A stretch of DNA of 64,000 nucleotides, from assembly GCA_023150835.1 (NCBI GenBank), contig JAKLKB010000033.1, forward strand, positions 2,411 through 66,410, in the 5' to 3' direction. The translations under genes and the position numbers were made by a program. Below, piece after piece: positions 42,453 through 53,265 of this stretch (position 1 is the first letter of the stretch; every line of letters begins with the position of its first letter). The notes under the pieces are model-generated. The model saw only the letters and a program-made list of their open reading frames with translations, was not told where the DNA came from and searched no databases. The DNA comes from Myxococcota bacterium (GTDB taxonomy: Bacteria; Myxococcota_C; UBA6777).

Positions 42453-45400
42453 ATGAAGAACGTGGACGTGGTGATCGCAGGTCGTTACCGTTGTGCGCGG
42501 CTGATAGGTCGGGGTGGCTTTGCCGAAGTGTACCTTGCCGAAGATCTGCGCCTTGCGAATCGCCGCGTTGCGCTGAAAGTGTTGGTGGAACACGTTGCGG
42601 ATGATCCCGATCGCCTTCAAAAATTTCGCCAAGAAGCCGAGATTATCGGCCATTTGACCAGCCCTTATACGGTGCGGGCTTTCGATTATGGCTACGATGA
42701 GCAAGGGCGTTATTACATCGCGATGGAGTTTGTGCAGGGGGAAACCTTGCACGAGTTGCTAAAGCGGCAGGAGCGGCTTTCGATCGATCGGGCGTTGGAG
42801 GTGGCGATCCAGATATTGGACGCCCTCGAAGAAGCCCATCAGATGGGGATTATCCATCGGGATCTCAAGCCAAAGAACATCATGATCAGCCCGCAGCGCC
42901 AAGGCGATATGGTCAAGGTGCTGGACTTTGGCGTTGCGCGGATCTTGCGACAAGCAGAAGAACAAGACGAGTGGACATTGGTGGGGACGGCGACGTACAT
43001 GGCCCCCGAACAAGCGCAAGGTCTGCCGGTTTCTCCTGCGAGTGATCTGTACTCTGTGGGGGTGGTCCTTTATCACATGTTGGCGGGAAGACCGCCGTTT
43101 TTGTCACAAGAAGACCCTGTTGCGGTGATGATCCATCACGCAACCAAGCCTGTGGTCTCGTTGCGCGAGTTACGCCCAGAGCTTCAGATCCCCGAAGATG
43201 TCGAACAGGCCGTATTGAAGGCGTTGGAGAAACAACCTCAGTACCGCTACCAACAGGCGGGCGCTTTTCGTCGGGCGTTGGAGCGCGCTTTGGCACGCTA
43301 TCTTGAAGCTCATTATGGCGAACCAGAGGGCGATAGCACGCTGAGTACATCGATCACGCTCAAGGATGTCGAAGAAAAGCTCCGTGCCCAAGAGGCCGAC
43401 GCCCAAGCCTCAAGGGCACCTGCTCGCGAACGTGGCGTGATGCCTTCCACTTTGCAAAGCGGAGAGATCCGCGCCCAAGCTGCTTTGCTCGACGATCTGC
43501 ACCGTGTCAACGCTTCTCATACATCGCAAGATCCGATGGCTTCGACTCTCGAAGGCTCTTTCGCGCAAGAAATCGCTTCCCAACACGCCTCGGCGCAAGG
43601 CCCCCAAGCGACACCCTTTGCAGGGGCCGAGTACATCGAGCAGGAAGAAGATGAGGATCAATCCACACAGCGGTTGTCAGGTATCCAAGCCGCTCCCGAA
43701 AAGACAGCGGTACGAAAAACACCGACAGATCGGCCTCGACAGATTACCGATTATGATCTCTTGACGCCGGACTTCCCCGCGATCGAAGAGATCAAAGTCA
43801 ACGAGCAAGGAGCAGGGACGCGCTCGGGGTATTATGCAGCGTCGGGTGATGCTCTGCCTGCGGCAAAGCCGCCTGTGCGCGTTTCTGCGGAAAAAGCGAA
43901 AACTTCACCACGTCAAATGGCGGTGTCGGATCTTCGGGGGCCCTCCCCGAAAGGTGGAGAGTACAGCGACGAAGACGGCGACGAGACGTCGCTGAGTTTG
44001 CAGGATGTGGCGGCGCGTGCGTTGGCCGCCAAGGCCCGCAGCGGAAAGACCACAACAACTCGGGCTGCTTGGTCCGAAGAACAGATCGGCGTCGAAGAAC
44101 GCGATGAGATGACCTTTTCCGAAGAAGACAGCGAGCTTCTCGAAGAAGTCGAAGAGTTGGATGAACACGGCGAAGATGCAACGCTCAAGCCCGGGATGTC
44201 TTCGGAAGAGTTGATCTACGGCTCCAAAGGGGCCGAGATGCGGGATTCTTCGCTGCCAACAGATCGCTCCGATGCTTTTCAATCGGCTCCTGCTTCGGTT
44301 TGGGGGACTGGCGAAGAAGAAGGCTCGACCCAAGTTGGACCCTCTGTGATGGATATCGCGGAGGCTCCGATCTCCCAGACGTATCCGAACTCACAACATC
44401 CTCCGCTCTACGCAGCCCAACACAACGCAGCCCCAGCAGCGGGGCCTACCCAAAACAACGCGATGTCAGGGGCCTTTTCACCACAAAACAACGCGATGTC
44501 TGGAGCCTTTTCGCCGCAAAACAATGCGATGTCAGGGGCCTTTTCACCGCAAAACAATGCGATGTCAGGGGCCTTTTCACCACAAAACAACGCGATGTCA
44601 GGGGCCTTTTCACCACAAAACGGTCCAGCTTCGGGGATGTATGGAACGCCGCCAAAGCAGATGTCCGGGGCGTTTTCTGCCCAAGGTTCGACAAAGCCGA
44701 CGAGCATACCGCCCGCCTTTGGAGAGCATCGATCAGGCGATCAGATCCGCACGATGGCCCCGTCAGGCCCCTCGGCTGCGCAACCGTCGCCCTCAGCGAT
44801 CTTTCAGCCGATCCCCTCCAAAACGTCGGCTCCACCGATGTATGTGAGCAACGGGGCTGTGATGGGTGGTGCCGCAGCTTCGCCTCCCCCGTCGCCGCCG
44901 CCGATCTATCCTGTCCAGCCCACGACAGCGGGGTATCCGCCGCAAGAGCCGACAAATCCTCTTGCACCGCTTCCTGACACGCGGATGTTGCCCATGAACG
45001 AAGTTTCGCCACCTCGGATGCCCAAGGCGGCTTCGCCTGTCCAATCGCTGCTGTCGACGGGTGGCGAGTCTTTGCGCGGGGGGCGCAGCGAAAATGCGTC
45101 GACGATGGAACTCAAAACGGCGTTGATGAAACGTCGATGGTTTGGCTTGATCGGTGCGGTGGTATTTTTGGGGGGGCTGGCGATCTTTTTGATCAGTGTT
45201 GGCGGCGAATCCCAAAAAGATATCGAGAAACGGCAGGCCCAACAGCTTCAAGCCGAGTATATGCGCTCTTTGCAAGAAGGGGATCGGGCGGTGGCGACGG
45301 GCCGTTATCGCGATGCGTTGTCTTCTTACAAGACGGCCTTATTGCACAAAGCCGAGGATCCTGTTGCCACACAACGAATGCAGCAAGTGGTGGTGGACTT

Positions 45401-45704
45401 GGAAGCGATGAACGCTTTGCGGATCGCCCAAAGCTGGCAAAAGCGAAAAAATTATGCGATGGCCCACCACGTCTTGCAAAAGATCCCTCAGAAAAGCTCG
45501 CTTTGGGAAGAGCGCAACAAAGCAATGAATGATCTTGTGCCGATGTATTCGGCCTCTTTGCGTGCGGATATCTTGATCGCACAGCGCCGCCGCCAATGGA
45601 GAGAGGCTTCGCGTGTGTGTGTGCAACTTCAACAGATCGCTCCCCAAGATCGGTTTTTGAATCGATGCCGTCGGGTATGGCGGAGCTATCCGCCCCCACG
45701 TTAG
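42453..45704 (+). CDS. Membrane Ser/Thr protein kinase with long disordered linker and C-terminal TPR-like region
   Basis: GRGGFAEVY, VALK, HRDLKPKN, DFG and YMAPE motifs; TM helix near the C-terminus. Confidence 0.93.
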   Translation: MKNVDVVIAGRYRCARLIGRGGFAEVYLAEDLRLANRRVALKVLVEHVADDPDRLQKFRQEAEIIGHLTSPYTVRAFDYGYDEQGRYYIAMEFVQGETLHELLKRQERLSIDRALEVAIQILDALEEAHQMGIIHRDLKPKNIMISPQRQGDMVKVLDFGVARILRQAEEQDEWTLVGTATYMAPEQAQGLPVSPASDLYSVGVVLYHMLAGRPPFLSQEDPVAVMIHHATKPVVSLRELRPELQIPEDVEQAVLKALEKQPQYRYQQAGAFRRALERALARYLEAHYGEPEGDSTLSTSITLKDVEEKLRAQEADAQASRAPARERGVMPSTLQSGEIRAQAALLDDLHRVNASHTSQDPMASTLEGSFAQEIASQHASAQGPQATPFAGAEYIEQEEDEDQSTQRLSGIQAAPEKTAVRKTPTDRPRQITDYDLLTPDFPAIEEIKVNEQGAGTRSGYYAASGDALPAAKPPVRVSAEKAKTSPRQMAVSDLRGPSPKGGEYSDEDGDETSLSLQDVAARALAAKARSGKTTTTRAAWSEEQIGVEERDEMTFSEEDSELLEEVEELDEHGEDATLKPGMSSEELIYGSKGAEMRDSSLPTDRSDAFQSAPASVWGTGEEEGSTQVGPSVMDIAEAPISQTYPNSQHPPLYAAQHNAAPAAGPTQNNAMSGAFSPQNNAMSGAFSPQNNAMSGAFSPQNNAMSGAFSPQNNAMSGAFSPQNGPASGMYGTPPKQMSGAFSAQGSTKPTSIPPAFGEHRSGDQIRTMAPSGPSAAQPSPSAIFQPIPSKTSAPPMYVSNGAVMGGAAASPPPSPPPIYPVQPTTAGYPPQEPTNPLAPLPDTRMLPMNEVSPPRMPKAASPVQSLLSTGGESLRGGRSENASTMELKTALMKRRWFGLIGAVVFLGGLAIFLISVGGESQKDIEKRQAQQLQAEYMRSLQEGDRAVATGRYRDALSSYKTALLHKAEDPVATQRMQQVVVDLEAMNALRIAQSWQKRKNYAMAHHVLQKIPQKSSLWEERNKAMNDLVPMYSASLRADILIAQRRRQWREASRVCVQLQQIAPQDRFLNRCRRVWRSYPPPR
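44451..44621 (+). repeat. 33-bp intragenic repeat, 5 copies (QNNAMSGAFSP)
   Basis: Visible in DNA and protein. Confidence 0.9.
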
Positions 45705-45723
45705 GGGGAGATGAGGACGTAGA

Positions 45724-45806
45724 GGGGGGGAGGAGGATGTAGCGGGGGGAGGAGGATGTAGCGGGGGGAGGAGGATGTAGCGGGGGGAGGAGGATGTAGC
45801 GGGGGG
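45724..45806. repeat. 19-bp G-rich tandem repeat (GGGGGGAGGAGGATGTAGC), ~4.3 copies
   Basis: Lies between the convergent kinase and psd genes. Confidence 0.9.
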
Positions 45807-45816
45807 CTAGGCTGCG

Positions 45817-46665
45817 TCAGCGATCGGCTGCGTCAGCGATCGGCTGCCCAAGGCGGATGGCGTCGCCGAGCCGAAGGGGGCGGAGTCGGATGTGGGGTTC
45901 GAACAGCAAAACCACGGTGGAACCGAGTTCAAAAACAGCCAATTCTCCGCCACGCTCGATGGATGGGGGGGTGGCAAAGGTGTGCGTGTGAGCGTGCGGA
46001 CTCGCCCATCGGTTGGAGGTAAAGTCGTGGTAGTAGAGGTGCATTCTACCAACGTTGGTGGCGCCGACTTTGACGAGGGCGACGTGTCCGAGTTGGGGAT
46101 GGTGAAGGTAAGAAGTGAGGCGCTCGTTTTCCACGAACAGGCGGGGGAAAAAAGCTACGCTTGGTGGGTTGACGGGAAGCAAGCGCCCGGGGATGTAGCG
46201 GTAGGCTTGGACAGTCGCCTGCAAGGGCGTGTGGATGCGGTGATAATCTTTGGGGCTGAGGTAGATCGTCAGAAATGACCCGCCCCGAAAGCGCTGTGCG
46301 GCGTCAGGGTCGTCAAGAAATTCTTCGAGGCTGTAGGAGATACCTTTGGCTTGGATGGCTTGTGTTCCATCCAAAGGGCCGTGCATGGCGATGGCTCCGT
46401 CGACAGGAGAGATCAAGGTGTTGGGATCGGGATCGAGGGGACGCAGCCCGGGTTTGAGGCGGCGAGTAAAGAAATCGTTGAAGCAAGCGTAGTGTTCGAG
46501 GGGGTGTTCGGCTTCATCGAGGTTGACACCGTAGCGGCGGGCATACCAGCGCAAAAAGGGGTGCATGAAAAAACGCGGCCATCGTGTGCGAGCAAAGTGT
46601 CCGACCAGTCGGCTGATCAGACGGGTGGGGGCAACGGATAGCAAGTGAAGCATGAGGCTCAACAT
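45817..46665 (-). CDS. psd: Phosphatidylserine decarboxylase proenzyme
   Basis: FNDFFTRRLK, SPVDG, YLSPKDYHRIH, VGATNVG, and the LGST autocleavage site. Confidence 0.96.
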   Translation of the reverse strand: MLSLMLHLLSVAPTRLISRLVGHFARTRWPRFFMHPFLRWYARRYGVNLDEAEHPLEHYACFNDFFTRRLKPGLRPLDPDPNTLISPVDGAIAMHGPLDGTQAIQAKGISYSLEEFLDDPDAAQRFRGGSFLTIYLSPKDYHRIHTPLQATVQAYRYIPGRLLPVNPPSVAFFPRLFVENERLTSYLHHPQLGHVALVKVGATNVGRMHLYYHDFTSNRWASPHAHTHTFATPPSIERGGELAVFELGSTVVLLFEPHIRLRPLRLGDAIRLGQPIADAADR

Positions 46666-46857
46666 CGATCAGGATCTCCCATCGTTGGAAGTACGCGCAA
46701 AGAAAGCGATTTGGCGTCGCCAAACTGGTGGGTAGGGTGCAAGATGTCAAGGCCGCAAAACGGCACCGCTCAAGGATGTCTTGCCTTTTCGAGTACTCTC
46801 CGTCACAATGCCGTTCTGTTTGGGATGTTCCACGACGCGAGACAGAGGGAAAAAAGA

Positions 46858-49800
46858 ATGTTCTGGCCACTCACGGAACGCGCATCGAAGGGAAAACCAG
46901 AGTTTGGGCGTATGCCTTGGTTCACCATCGGCTTGATGACAACGTTGTTTTTGGTGTTTGTGTGGACGCGCATCGGGCTGTCTGCGGCAGATCAACGCGT
47001 CGAACAAGCGCGAGAAGCGCTGTCTTGTTATTATTTAACGCACGATTATACACGCATCCCGCCGAAACATCGGGATCTTTTTTCGTCGCGTGTGCTGGCG
47101 CATGCGCGGCGTGCCGAACTCGCGGTGCAGGCTTATTTGACCGACGAACTTGTCCAAAAGAAGGCCCAATCGCTCTTGGGGGGGGGTGAAGAGGGAACGG
47201 ACGAGTGGCGGCAAGAGATGGCTGCCCGCCCCAAAGGGCAGTCTTGCCTTGCGTATGCTTTGCGCCGACGGTTTTTGTCGCGCTCCCCCAATGCGCGGGT
47301 GTATGTGTCGATGGCGCGATTGTACCAAGCGTCTGCACGCAAATACCAAGAAGAACAAGACCAGCTTGTCGCGCATATCCAGCGCATCTTGGACGCCGAA
47401 CAGGCCCATCCTTTGGCGGGATGGGGAGTGCGACCTGCCGTCAACGGGGCAGAAACGATCTTGACGGCTCCTTGGATCCAGCCAAATGTGTTCTCGTTGT
47501 TGTGGTTGTTGTTGTTGCTGTGGCCGATCGGAAAGATGCTCGAAGATCAGTGGCGTTTTCCGATCTGGGGGGCTTGGTGGCTCGCTTCTGCGCTGCTGTG
47601 CAACGGCGTGTTGTGGGTGGTGTTGTCGAGCAGCAAAAGCTTGATCTTGGGGGCGCATGGTGCATTTGCAGGGGTGTTTGCGCTGTGGACGATCGTCTAT
47701 GGCGTAGAGACGGTTCGATGGGCCGTTTGGCTGCCCAAACAGCCCGAACCTCGGGTGTTTGCATTCCAAGGATATTACCTGATCGTGGCGTGGTTTGTGT
47801 TGCAACTTTTCGATACGCTGTTGTTGCAGCGCGCCTCTCCGATCGTTTTTCTGATCCATGTCCTGAGCTTCGGCTTGTTTGCAGGAGCGACTTATTTCTT
47901 GCAACAACAGCGCTGGTTAGAAGTGGTGTTGGGCGAGCCGGTGGCTCCGACCGAAACAGAGATCGCTCAACAAACATGGCGCACCGATGGGCAGATCAAG
48001 CAGATCCAAGAGCAGCACCGTCAAAAACAACTCAAACATGCAGAAGCCTTGGAGCGCAGCAGCCGTTGGAAAGAAGCTGCGCAGATCTACAAAGAACTGA
48101 TGCAGATGGGCCAACCCTCGCTCGAATTGATGTCTTTCTTTATCAGCACCCGTGAAAAGTCTGGTGATCCCGCTTCGATCGAAGAATACTTACAAGCTAC
48201 GCGCTTGGCGTTGTTTGAGCAAAAGCACGCCCAGATGAAGGATCTGTATCTGCGTATGTGTGCAGCCCACGATATCAAACAGCTTTCGCAACGCGAACAT
48301 GTCGCCCTTGCCGGTGAACTCAAGCGCGCAGGATGGCTGCTTGAAGCTGCCGAAGAGGCCGATGCTGCGTCGGAAAAAGGGCAAGACTCCCCGTTGTTTA
48401 TGAAAGCGCTGATCATCCGAGCGGAGTCTCTGCTCGAATACGGCGAAGATCCCGAAGCCGCCATGCGTGTGTTTTATCAAGCCAAAAACTTTTTGCCTTC
48501 CTACCCCGACTTTGAAGAAGCGGTGGTGAAAGGTATGCAAAAAGCACAAGCCGCCGTCGACGCCGAACAGATGGGGCCGCCTGTCTTACCAGCTTCCGAG
48601 CTAGAAGCCGCAACTCCCGCCTTTGGAAGCACCTCGACAGGTCTCAACGCCATCTCGGGAACTTCCGCAGGTCTCAACGCCATCTCGGGAACTTCCGCAG
48701 GTCTCAACGCCATCTCGGGAACTTCCGCAGGTCTCAACACGCTGCGGATGCAAGGACTACCTCGTTCGGCGGCCAAAGTGCCGGTCGCAACAGCCAAAAC
48801 ATCATCCTCCACCGCCAAAGCCCCCCCAAGCACGACGCCCATTCCCCAAGGCCCACCCGGAGCCATCCCCCAAGGCCCACCCGGAGCCGTCCCCCGCCGA
48901 GCGGATGCTGGCCTTCCGTCTGACTACGTCCAGCCTCCCCCCGGACTTGACGGCGAAGAAGCCTTGTTTGGTCGAAGCTTTGATGATCCCTACAAAGAAC
49001 TCAACGAAGCCCCTGCCTCGGGTGCTTCGTGGGAAGAGATCCCAAGCCTTTTGCTTGCTCGTGCTTCGGAGTATGCTGGAAAGTCTGGCTTCGTCAAAGA
49101 AGATGACGCGAAACTTGAACAAGCTGCCGAAGCCCTCAAAGAAAAAGTCGATAACCTCAAAAAAGTTGATGAAGCGTGGCTTTCCGATGACGCAAAGCCC
49201 TCCCCAAATAAAGTCTTTTTTGGTGGTGCCGCCGCAGATCCCAAACGAAACCCCTCGTCAGGTGCCTTTTCCCTTGTCCCCAAACCACCCGTGTCGCCGC
49301 TCGCTTCTTCTTCTGCATCCGTGCCTCCTCGACCCGCTCCTGCCGTCTCATCTACCACTCCTGCCGTCTTATCTACCGCTCCTGCCGTCTTATCTACCAC
49401 TCCTGCCGTTTTATCTACCGCTCCTGCCGTTTTATCTACCGCTCCTGCCGTCTCATCCCCCGCTCCTGCCGTCTTATCCCCCGCTCCTGCCGTCTTATCT
49501 ACCACTACTGCCGTCTCATCCCCCGCTCCTGCCGTGTTTACAGCTACACCACACGCAAAAAGCCCCTCAACATCCCCCAAAAAATCCGAGGGATGGGACT
49601 CTTGGAGCGACGACGCCTTGCCTGCTTCTGAACCTGTCGCTCCTGTGCAGCCCACGCCGCAAGCCGCTCCAAAAGCATCGAATTTCTTTTCAACCGAACT
49701 TTTTTCTCAAGACGCCATCCCTTCGGCGACATCGCTTCCGCCGTTGACCTTTGAAGAACCTTCTTTTGTCTCGTATCCACCGATGCAAGGTGAAGTCTTG

Positions 49801-50274
49801 CAAGGTGAAGTCTTGCCACAAGGGGATGGGGCCGTTGATCTGTTTGGCGATCTGACCTCTGATATCGAAGAGGCCCACCGCCTTGCGAACGAATCCGCTT
49901 CTTCGGATGCGTTGTTTTCTGTTTTGGAGGGAGGGGCGTTCGATGCCGATGGACTGGGCGGCTCGAACGTCTTGCAGGGAGAAGTCTTGCAGGGAGAAGT
50001 CTTGCAGGGAGAAGTCTTGCAGGGAGAAGTCTTGCCTTTTGCGGAGTCACCTGCTGTGTTTGGCGGATCGCTTGTGCGCGAACAGCCGTTGTTTGGCGAG
50101 GCTGCGTTGCTTGGTGAACAGCCGCTTTCGGGCAGGCCGATGCTTGGGGGGGCGTCTGCTCCCAAAGATCCCCCGCCCTTGTCGCTGTCTTTTCAGAAGC
50201 CACTTGCTCCAAAAGAAGGCGAGAGCCTCTTTGCGCGTTTGCGTCTGCAAGACGACAAAGACGAGAAAAAGTGA
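46858..50274 (+). CDS. Rhomboid-like membrane protein (catalytic Ser absent) with TPR-like region and long low-complexity tail
   Basis: PWFTIGL N-helix, LWPIGKMLEDQW, LGAHGAFAG (compare GASG) and IHVLSFG; 30-, 21- and 15-bp repeats in the tail. Confidence 0.75.
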   Translation: MFWPLTERASKGKPEFGRMPWFTIGLMTTLFLVFVWTRIGLSAADQRVEQAREALSCYYLTHDYTRIPPKHRDLFSSRVLAHARRAELAVQAYLTDELVQKKAQSLLGGGEEGTDEWRQEMAARPKGQSCLAYALRRRFLSRSPNARVYVSMARLYQASARKYQEEQDQLVAHIQRILDAEQAHPLAGWGVRPAVNGAETILTAPWIQPNVFSLLWLLLLLWPIGKMLEDQWRFPIWGAWWLASALLCNGVLWVVLSSSKSLILGAHGAFAGVFALWTIVYGVETVRWAVWLPKQPEPRVFAFQGYYLIVAWFVLQLFDTLLLQRASPIVFLIHVLSFGLFAGATYFLQQQRWLEVVLGEPVAPTETEIAQQTWRTDGQIKQIQEQHRQKQLKHAEALERSSRWKEAAQIYKELMQMGQPSLELMSFFISTREKSGDPASIEEYLQATRLALFEQKHAQMKDLYLRMCAAHDIKQLSQREHVALAGELKRAGWLLEAAEEADAASEKGQDSPLFMKALIIRAESLLEYGEDPEAAMRVFYQAKNFLPSYPDFEEAVVKGMQKAQAAVDAEQMGPPVLPASELEAATPAFGSTSTGLNAISGTSAGLNAISGTSAGLNAISGTSAGLNTLRMQGLPRSAAKVPVATAKTSSSTAKAPPSTTPIPQGPPGAIPQGPPGAVPRRADAGLPSDYVQPPPGLDGEEALFGRSFDDPYKELNEAPASGASWEEIPSLLLARASEYAGKSGFVKEDDAKLEQAAEALKEKVDNLKKVDEAWLSDDAKPSPNKVFFGGAAADPKRNPSSGAFSLVPKPPVSPLASSSASVPPRPAPAVSSTTPAVLSTAPAVLSTTPAVLSTAPAVLSTAPAVSSPAPAVLSPAPAVLSTTTAVSSPAPAVFTATPHAKSPSTSPKKSEGWDSWSDDALPASEPVAPVQPTPQAAPKASNFFSTELFSQDAIPSATSLPPLTFEEPSFVSYPPMQGEVLQGEVLPQGDGAVDLFGDLTSDIEEAHRLANESASSDALFSVLEGGAFDADGLGGSNVLQGEVLQGEVLQGEVLQGEVLPFAESPAVFGGSLVREQPLFGEAALLGEQPLSGRPMLGGASAPKDPPPLSLSFQKPLAPKEGESLFARLRLQDDKDEKK

Positions 50275-50480
50275 GAGCGCAGAGGACAAGTTGTAGGGAG
50301 GGTACACGGGCCGTATTGACGCCGCGTGGGATTCGTGGTTGATTGAGAAGCTTGAAAATCAAACGGAGCTACCGACAGCAGCGTGCGAGAGGCTGTTGGG
50401 ATGCACAAAAAAGAAGCCATTCGGCCCTTCTTGTCGAGGTCGGAGGCTTGTGGTTTGAGTCAACCTTGAAGGAGCGTTGG

Positions 50481-51050
50481 ATGCCTTCGGCGCAGCTTTG
50501 CGTGGTGTATGTTTTGTGTGCGTGCTTGATGGGCGGGGTATGGATGCAACGGATGGCTTCGCAAGCCGAAGCACAACGCGAACGGGGACCAGCAAAGATC
50601 ACACGAAAAGCCCCGACTCTGCGGCTCGAAGCTGAGGGTGGGCAAGCTTTTTCGTTGGAGCCGTATCGTGGGCGTTGGCGGATGATAAACTTTTGGGCGA
50701 CGTGGTGCGAGCCGTGTCGCCGAGAGATGCCAGCGCTGGAGCGTCTGGCACGTTCCTTCCCACAAGAAAAGCTGCCGATCGTGTTGTTGGCGGTTTCTGT
50801 GGATCAAGAGTGGTCGCTGATCCATGATTTTTTGCGAAAGCATCCGTTTTTTCGGGGAACCAGTCTTTCCATGCGGATCGTTCGCGATGCGGGGGGTGTG
50901 ATGGCCCTGCGTTACGGTACACAAAAATTTCCCGAGACGTATTTGATCGATCCCAACGGGCGTTTGCGTGCCAAGTGGGTGGGCGCGCTCGAATGGGACT
51001 CTCCCCAGATCTTGGCGCAACTGCGTCGACTTGTGGGGCGTGCGCAGTAG
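50481..51050 (+). CDS. TlpA/ResA-family thiol-disulfide oxidoreductase
   Basis: NFWATWCEPCRREMP and FPETYLID; AAGGAG RBS. Confidence 0.93.
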   Translation: MPSAQLCVVYVLCACLMGGVWMQRMASQAEAQRERGPAKITRKAPTLRLEAEGGQAFSLEPYRGRWRMINFWATWCEPCRREMPALERLARSFPQEKLPIVLLAVSVDQEWSLIHDFLRKHPFFRGTSLSMRIVRDAGGVMALRYGTQKFPETYLIDPNGRLRAKWVGALEWDSPQILAQLRRLVGRAQ

Positions 51051-51071
51051 TGGTTTAGAGGAAGACGGGCG

Positions 51072-53237
51072 ATGAGTCATCGACGCGATCGCGATTGGTC
51101 ACAGGATGAGCAAGCACTGCGTGCGGCTCCTCCCCATCTGTCGGAGGGTACACAACTCTCCGCACACGCCATCGCACGTCAAACGTCGCAGACACCGAGC
51201 GGAACCTTTGATACAGCAAAGCGCATCGGGCGTCACTACGTTGTCGAGCGCGTGATCGGTCAAGGAGGGATGGGGCACGTCGTCAAAGCTGTCCACGATC
51301 TGACTGGTCAGATCGTCGCGATCAAGACGCTGTCGCCGCATCTCGCCGAAGATCCGGGATTACGGCAGCGTTTCATCCAAGAAGCCCGAACTCTCGCATC
51401 GTTCGATCATCCTAACCTTATCCCGTTGTACACATTCCTCGAAGAAAACGGCCAATTCTTCTTGGTGATGCAGTTTATCGACGGCCAAGATCTCGACAGT
51501 ATGTTTCGCGGAACCCGTGGGCTGGATATCTCGTTTACAGTCTCCGTCTTTTATCAAACCCTTGATGGTTTGGCTTACGCCCACCGTCACGGCGTGGTCC
51601 ATCGCGATATCAAACCAGCCAATATCCTTGTGATGCAAGATGGCCGCGTTAAATTGACGGACTTTGGGATCGCTCGGATCTCTGGGGGCAACCGCTTAAC
51701 GAAGGCGGGTGTGCCGGTGGGGACGGTGTTTTACATGGCCCCCGAACAAGTCCAAGGAGTCGAAGCAGAGCCACGTGCGGATCTGTACGCTGCGGGCGTC
51801 AGTCTGTTTGAAGTCCTGACAGGCAGGCTTCCTTTTGAAGGCGATGATTATGCCGTTCGCAAGGGGCATGTCGAAACTCCCCCTCCTGATCCCCGCATCT
51901 ATCGGCCCGATATCCCGCCCGATCTCGTCAATATCATCCAAAAAGCCATGGCAAAACGTCCCGAAGAGCGCTTTCAAACCGCAGAAGCGTTCCGCGACGC
52001 GCTCGGATTGATCGCGGAGAACATGGGATACCAAGACGGTCTCCCTTGGGACAATGAAGAACGCCCCACCATGCAAGAAGTGCCAGCCGTCGTGATCCCC
52101 GCAGCGCAAGCCCGCCCGATCCCTGTGGGGGCGACCGCACAGCATACACTCCAAGCCAAACCACCCGCCCCGATTCCTGCCGCAGAAGCGCGTAAACGTC
52201 CCGAACTTCCGCTGCTTCAAGCCAACAGTGGCCTGCCCCACGCACTCGCGGCACAGCCTGTTGTGCCGGGGCATCCTGCTCACCCTGCGGTGTCTCCCGG
52301 GTCTGGGTCTTATCCAGCAGCCCAGAGAAATGCCCCGCAACGCACTGCCTCTGCCACACCAAACCATCCCTATCCCACCGCCGAACATGCCGCACGTTCG
52401 GCCAAAAACAACCTTCCTCCCCAAGCTTACGCTGCCTCTTCGGCTGTTTTGCCCAAAGCTCCGCTGTTTTTGTCTTCACCGCCTGCGCGCCCGACCCATA
52501 CTGCCGCCCCCGCTCGTATCCTTACGCGTGATGGAGCCGAGATGATCTTGATCCGCGCAGGCTCTTTTTGGATGGGACACAACAAGCTCGATCCCGATGC
52601 AAGGCCGCTTCGGGAGCTTTACCTCAACGACTTCTACGTCGACCGTTATCCCGTGACCAACGAACTGTACCAGCGCTTTGTCAGCGAAACAGGTTACCCA
52701 CCGCCGACGCACTGGTGGGACCCTCGCAAACACAACGGATTGTTCTATCCCCTCGAACAGTCGATCCATCCGATCACCAACATCCGCTACGAAGATGCTT
52801 TGGTCTATTGTCAATGGGCTGGCAAGCGCCTTCCGACCGAAGCTGAGTGGGAAAAAGCCTGCCGACACACCGATCAACGCCTCTTTCCTTGGGGAGATCA
52901 TTGGCAAGAAGGCCGTGCCAACTTTGGCCGCCCTGCGACTTCCCCTGTCAACCAATTCCCTCAAGGGCAAAGCCCTTATGGCGTGTTCGATCTGCTCGGA
53001 AACGTCTGGGAATGGGTGGCCGATTGGTACACGGTGGATGCTTATCGACATCTTCCACCCAAAAATCCAAGAGGCCCAGCACACGGGCAATATCGAATCG
53101 TGCGTGGCGGATCACATAGCGATCGGCCCGGCACGATCCATGTGATCACAAGGGGGTTTCGACCGCCCGATCTGCCCGGGTCTTCGCTGGGATTCCGTTG
53201 CGCAATGGATATCCCCGATCTCTCGACTCCTCCCTAA
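51072..53237 (+). CDS. Ser/Thr kinase fused to an FGE-sulfatase (SUMF1) domain
   Basis: Kinase motifs HRDIKPAN, DFG and YMAPE; FGE motifs RLPTEAEWEKA, DLLGNVWEW and GFRC. Confidence 0.93.
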   Translation: MSHRRDRDWSQDEQALRAAPPHLSEGTQLSAHAIARQTSQTPSGTFDTAKRIGRHYVVERVIGQGGMGHVVKAVHDLTGQIVAIKTLSPHLAEDPGLRQRFIQEARTLASFDHPNLIPLYTFLEENGQFFLVMQFIDGQDLDSMFRGTRGLDISFTVSVFYQTLDGLAYAHRHGVVHRDIKPANILVMQDGRVKLTDFGIARISGGNRLTKAGVPVGTVFYMAPEQVQGVEAEPRADLYAAGVSLFEVLTGRLPFEGDDYAVRKGHVETPPPDPRIYRPDIPPDLVNIIQKAMAKRPEERFQTAEAFRDALGLIAENMGYQDGLPWDNEERPTMQEVPAVVIPAAQARPIPVGATAQHTLQAKPPAPIPAAEARKRPELPLLQANSGLPHALAAQPVVPGHPAHPAVSPGSGSYPAAQRNAPQRTASATPNHPYPTAEHAARSAKNNLPPQAYAASSAVLPKAPLFLSSPPARPTHTAAPARILTRDGAEMILIRAGSFWMGHNKLDPDARPLRELYLNDFYVDRYPVTNELYQRFVSETGYPPPTHWWDPRKHNGLFYPLEQSIHPITNIRYEDALVYCQWAGKRLPTEAEWEKACRHTDQRLFPWGDHWQEGRANFGRPATSPVNQFPQGQSPYGVFDLLGNVWEWVADWYTVDAYRHLPPKNPRGPAHGQYRIVRGGSHSDRPGTIHVITRGFRPPDLPGSSLGFRCAMDIPDLSTPP

Positions 53238-53265
53238 ATCTTTCCCTCACCAAACAAAGATAGAC

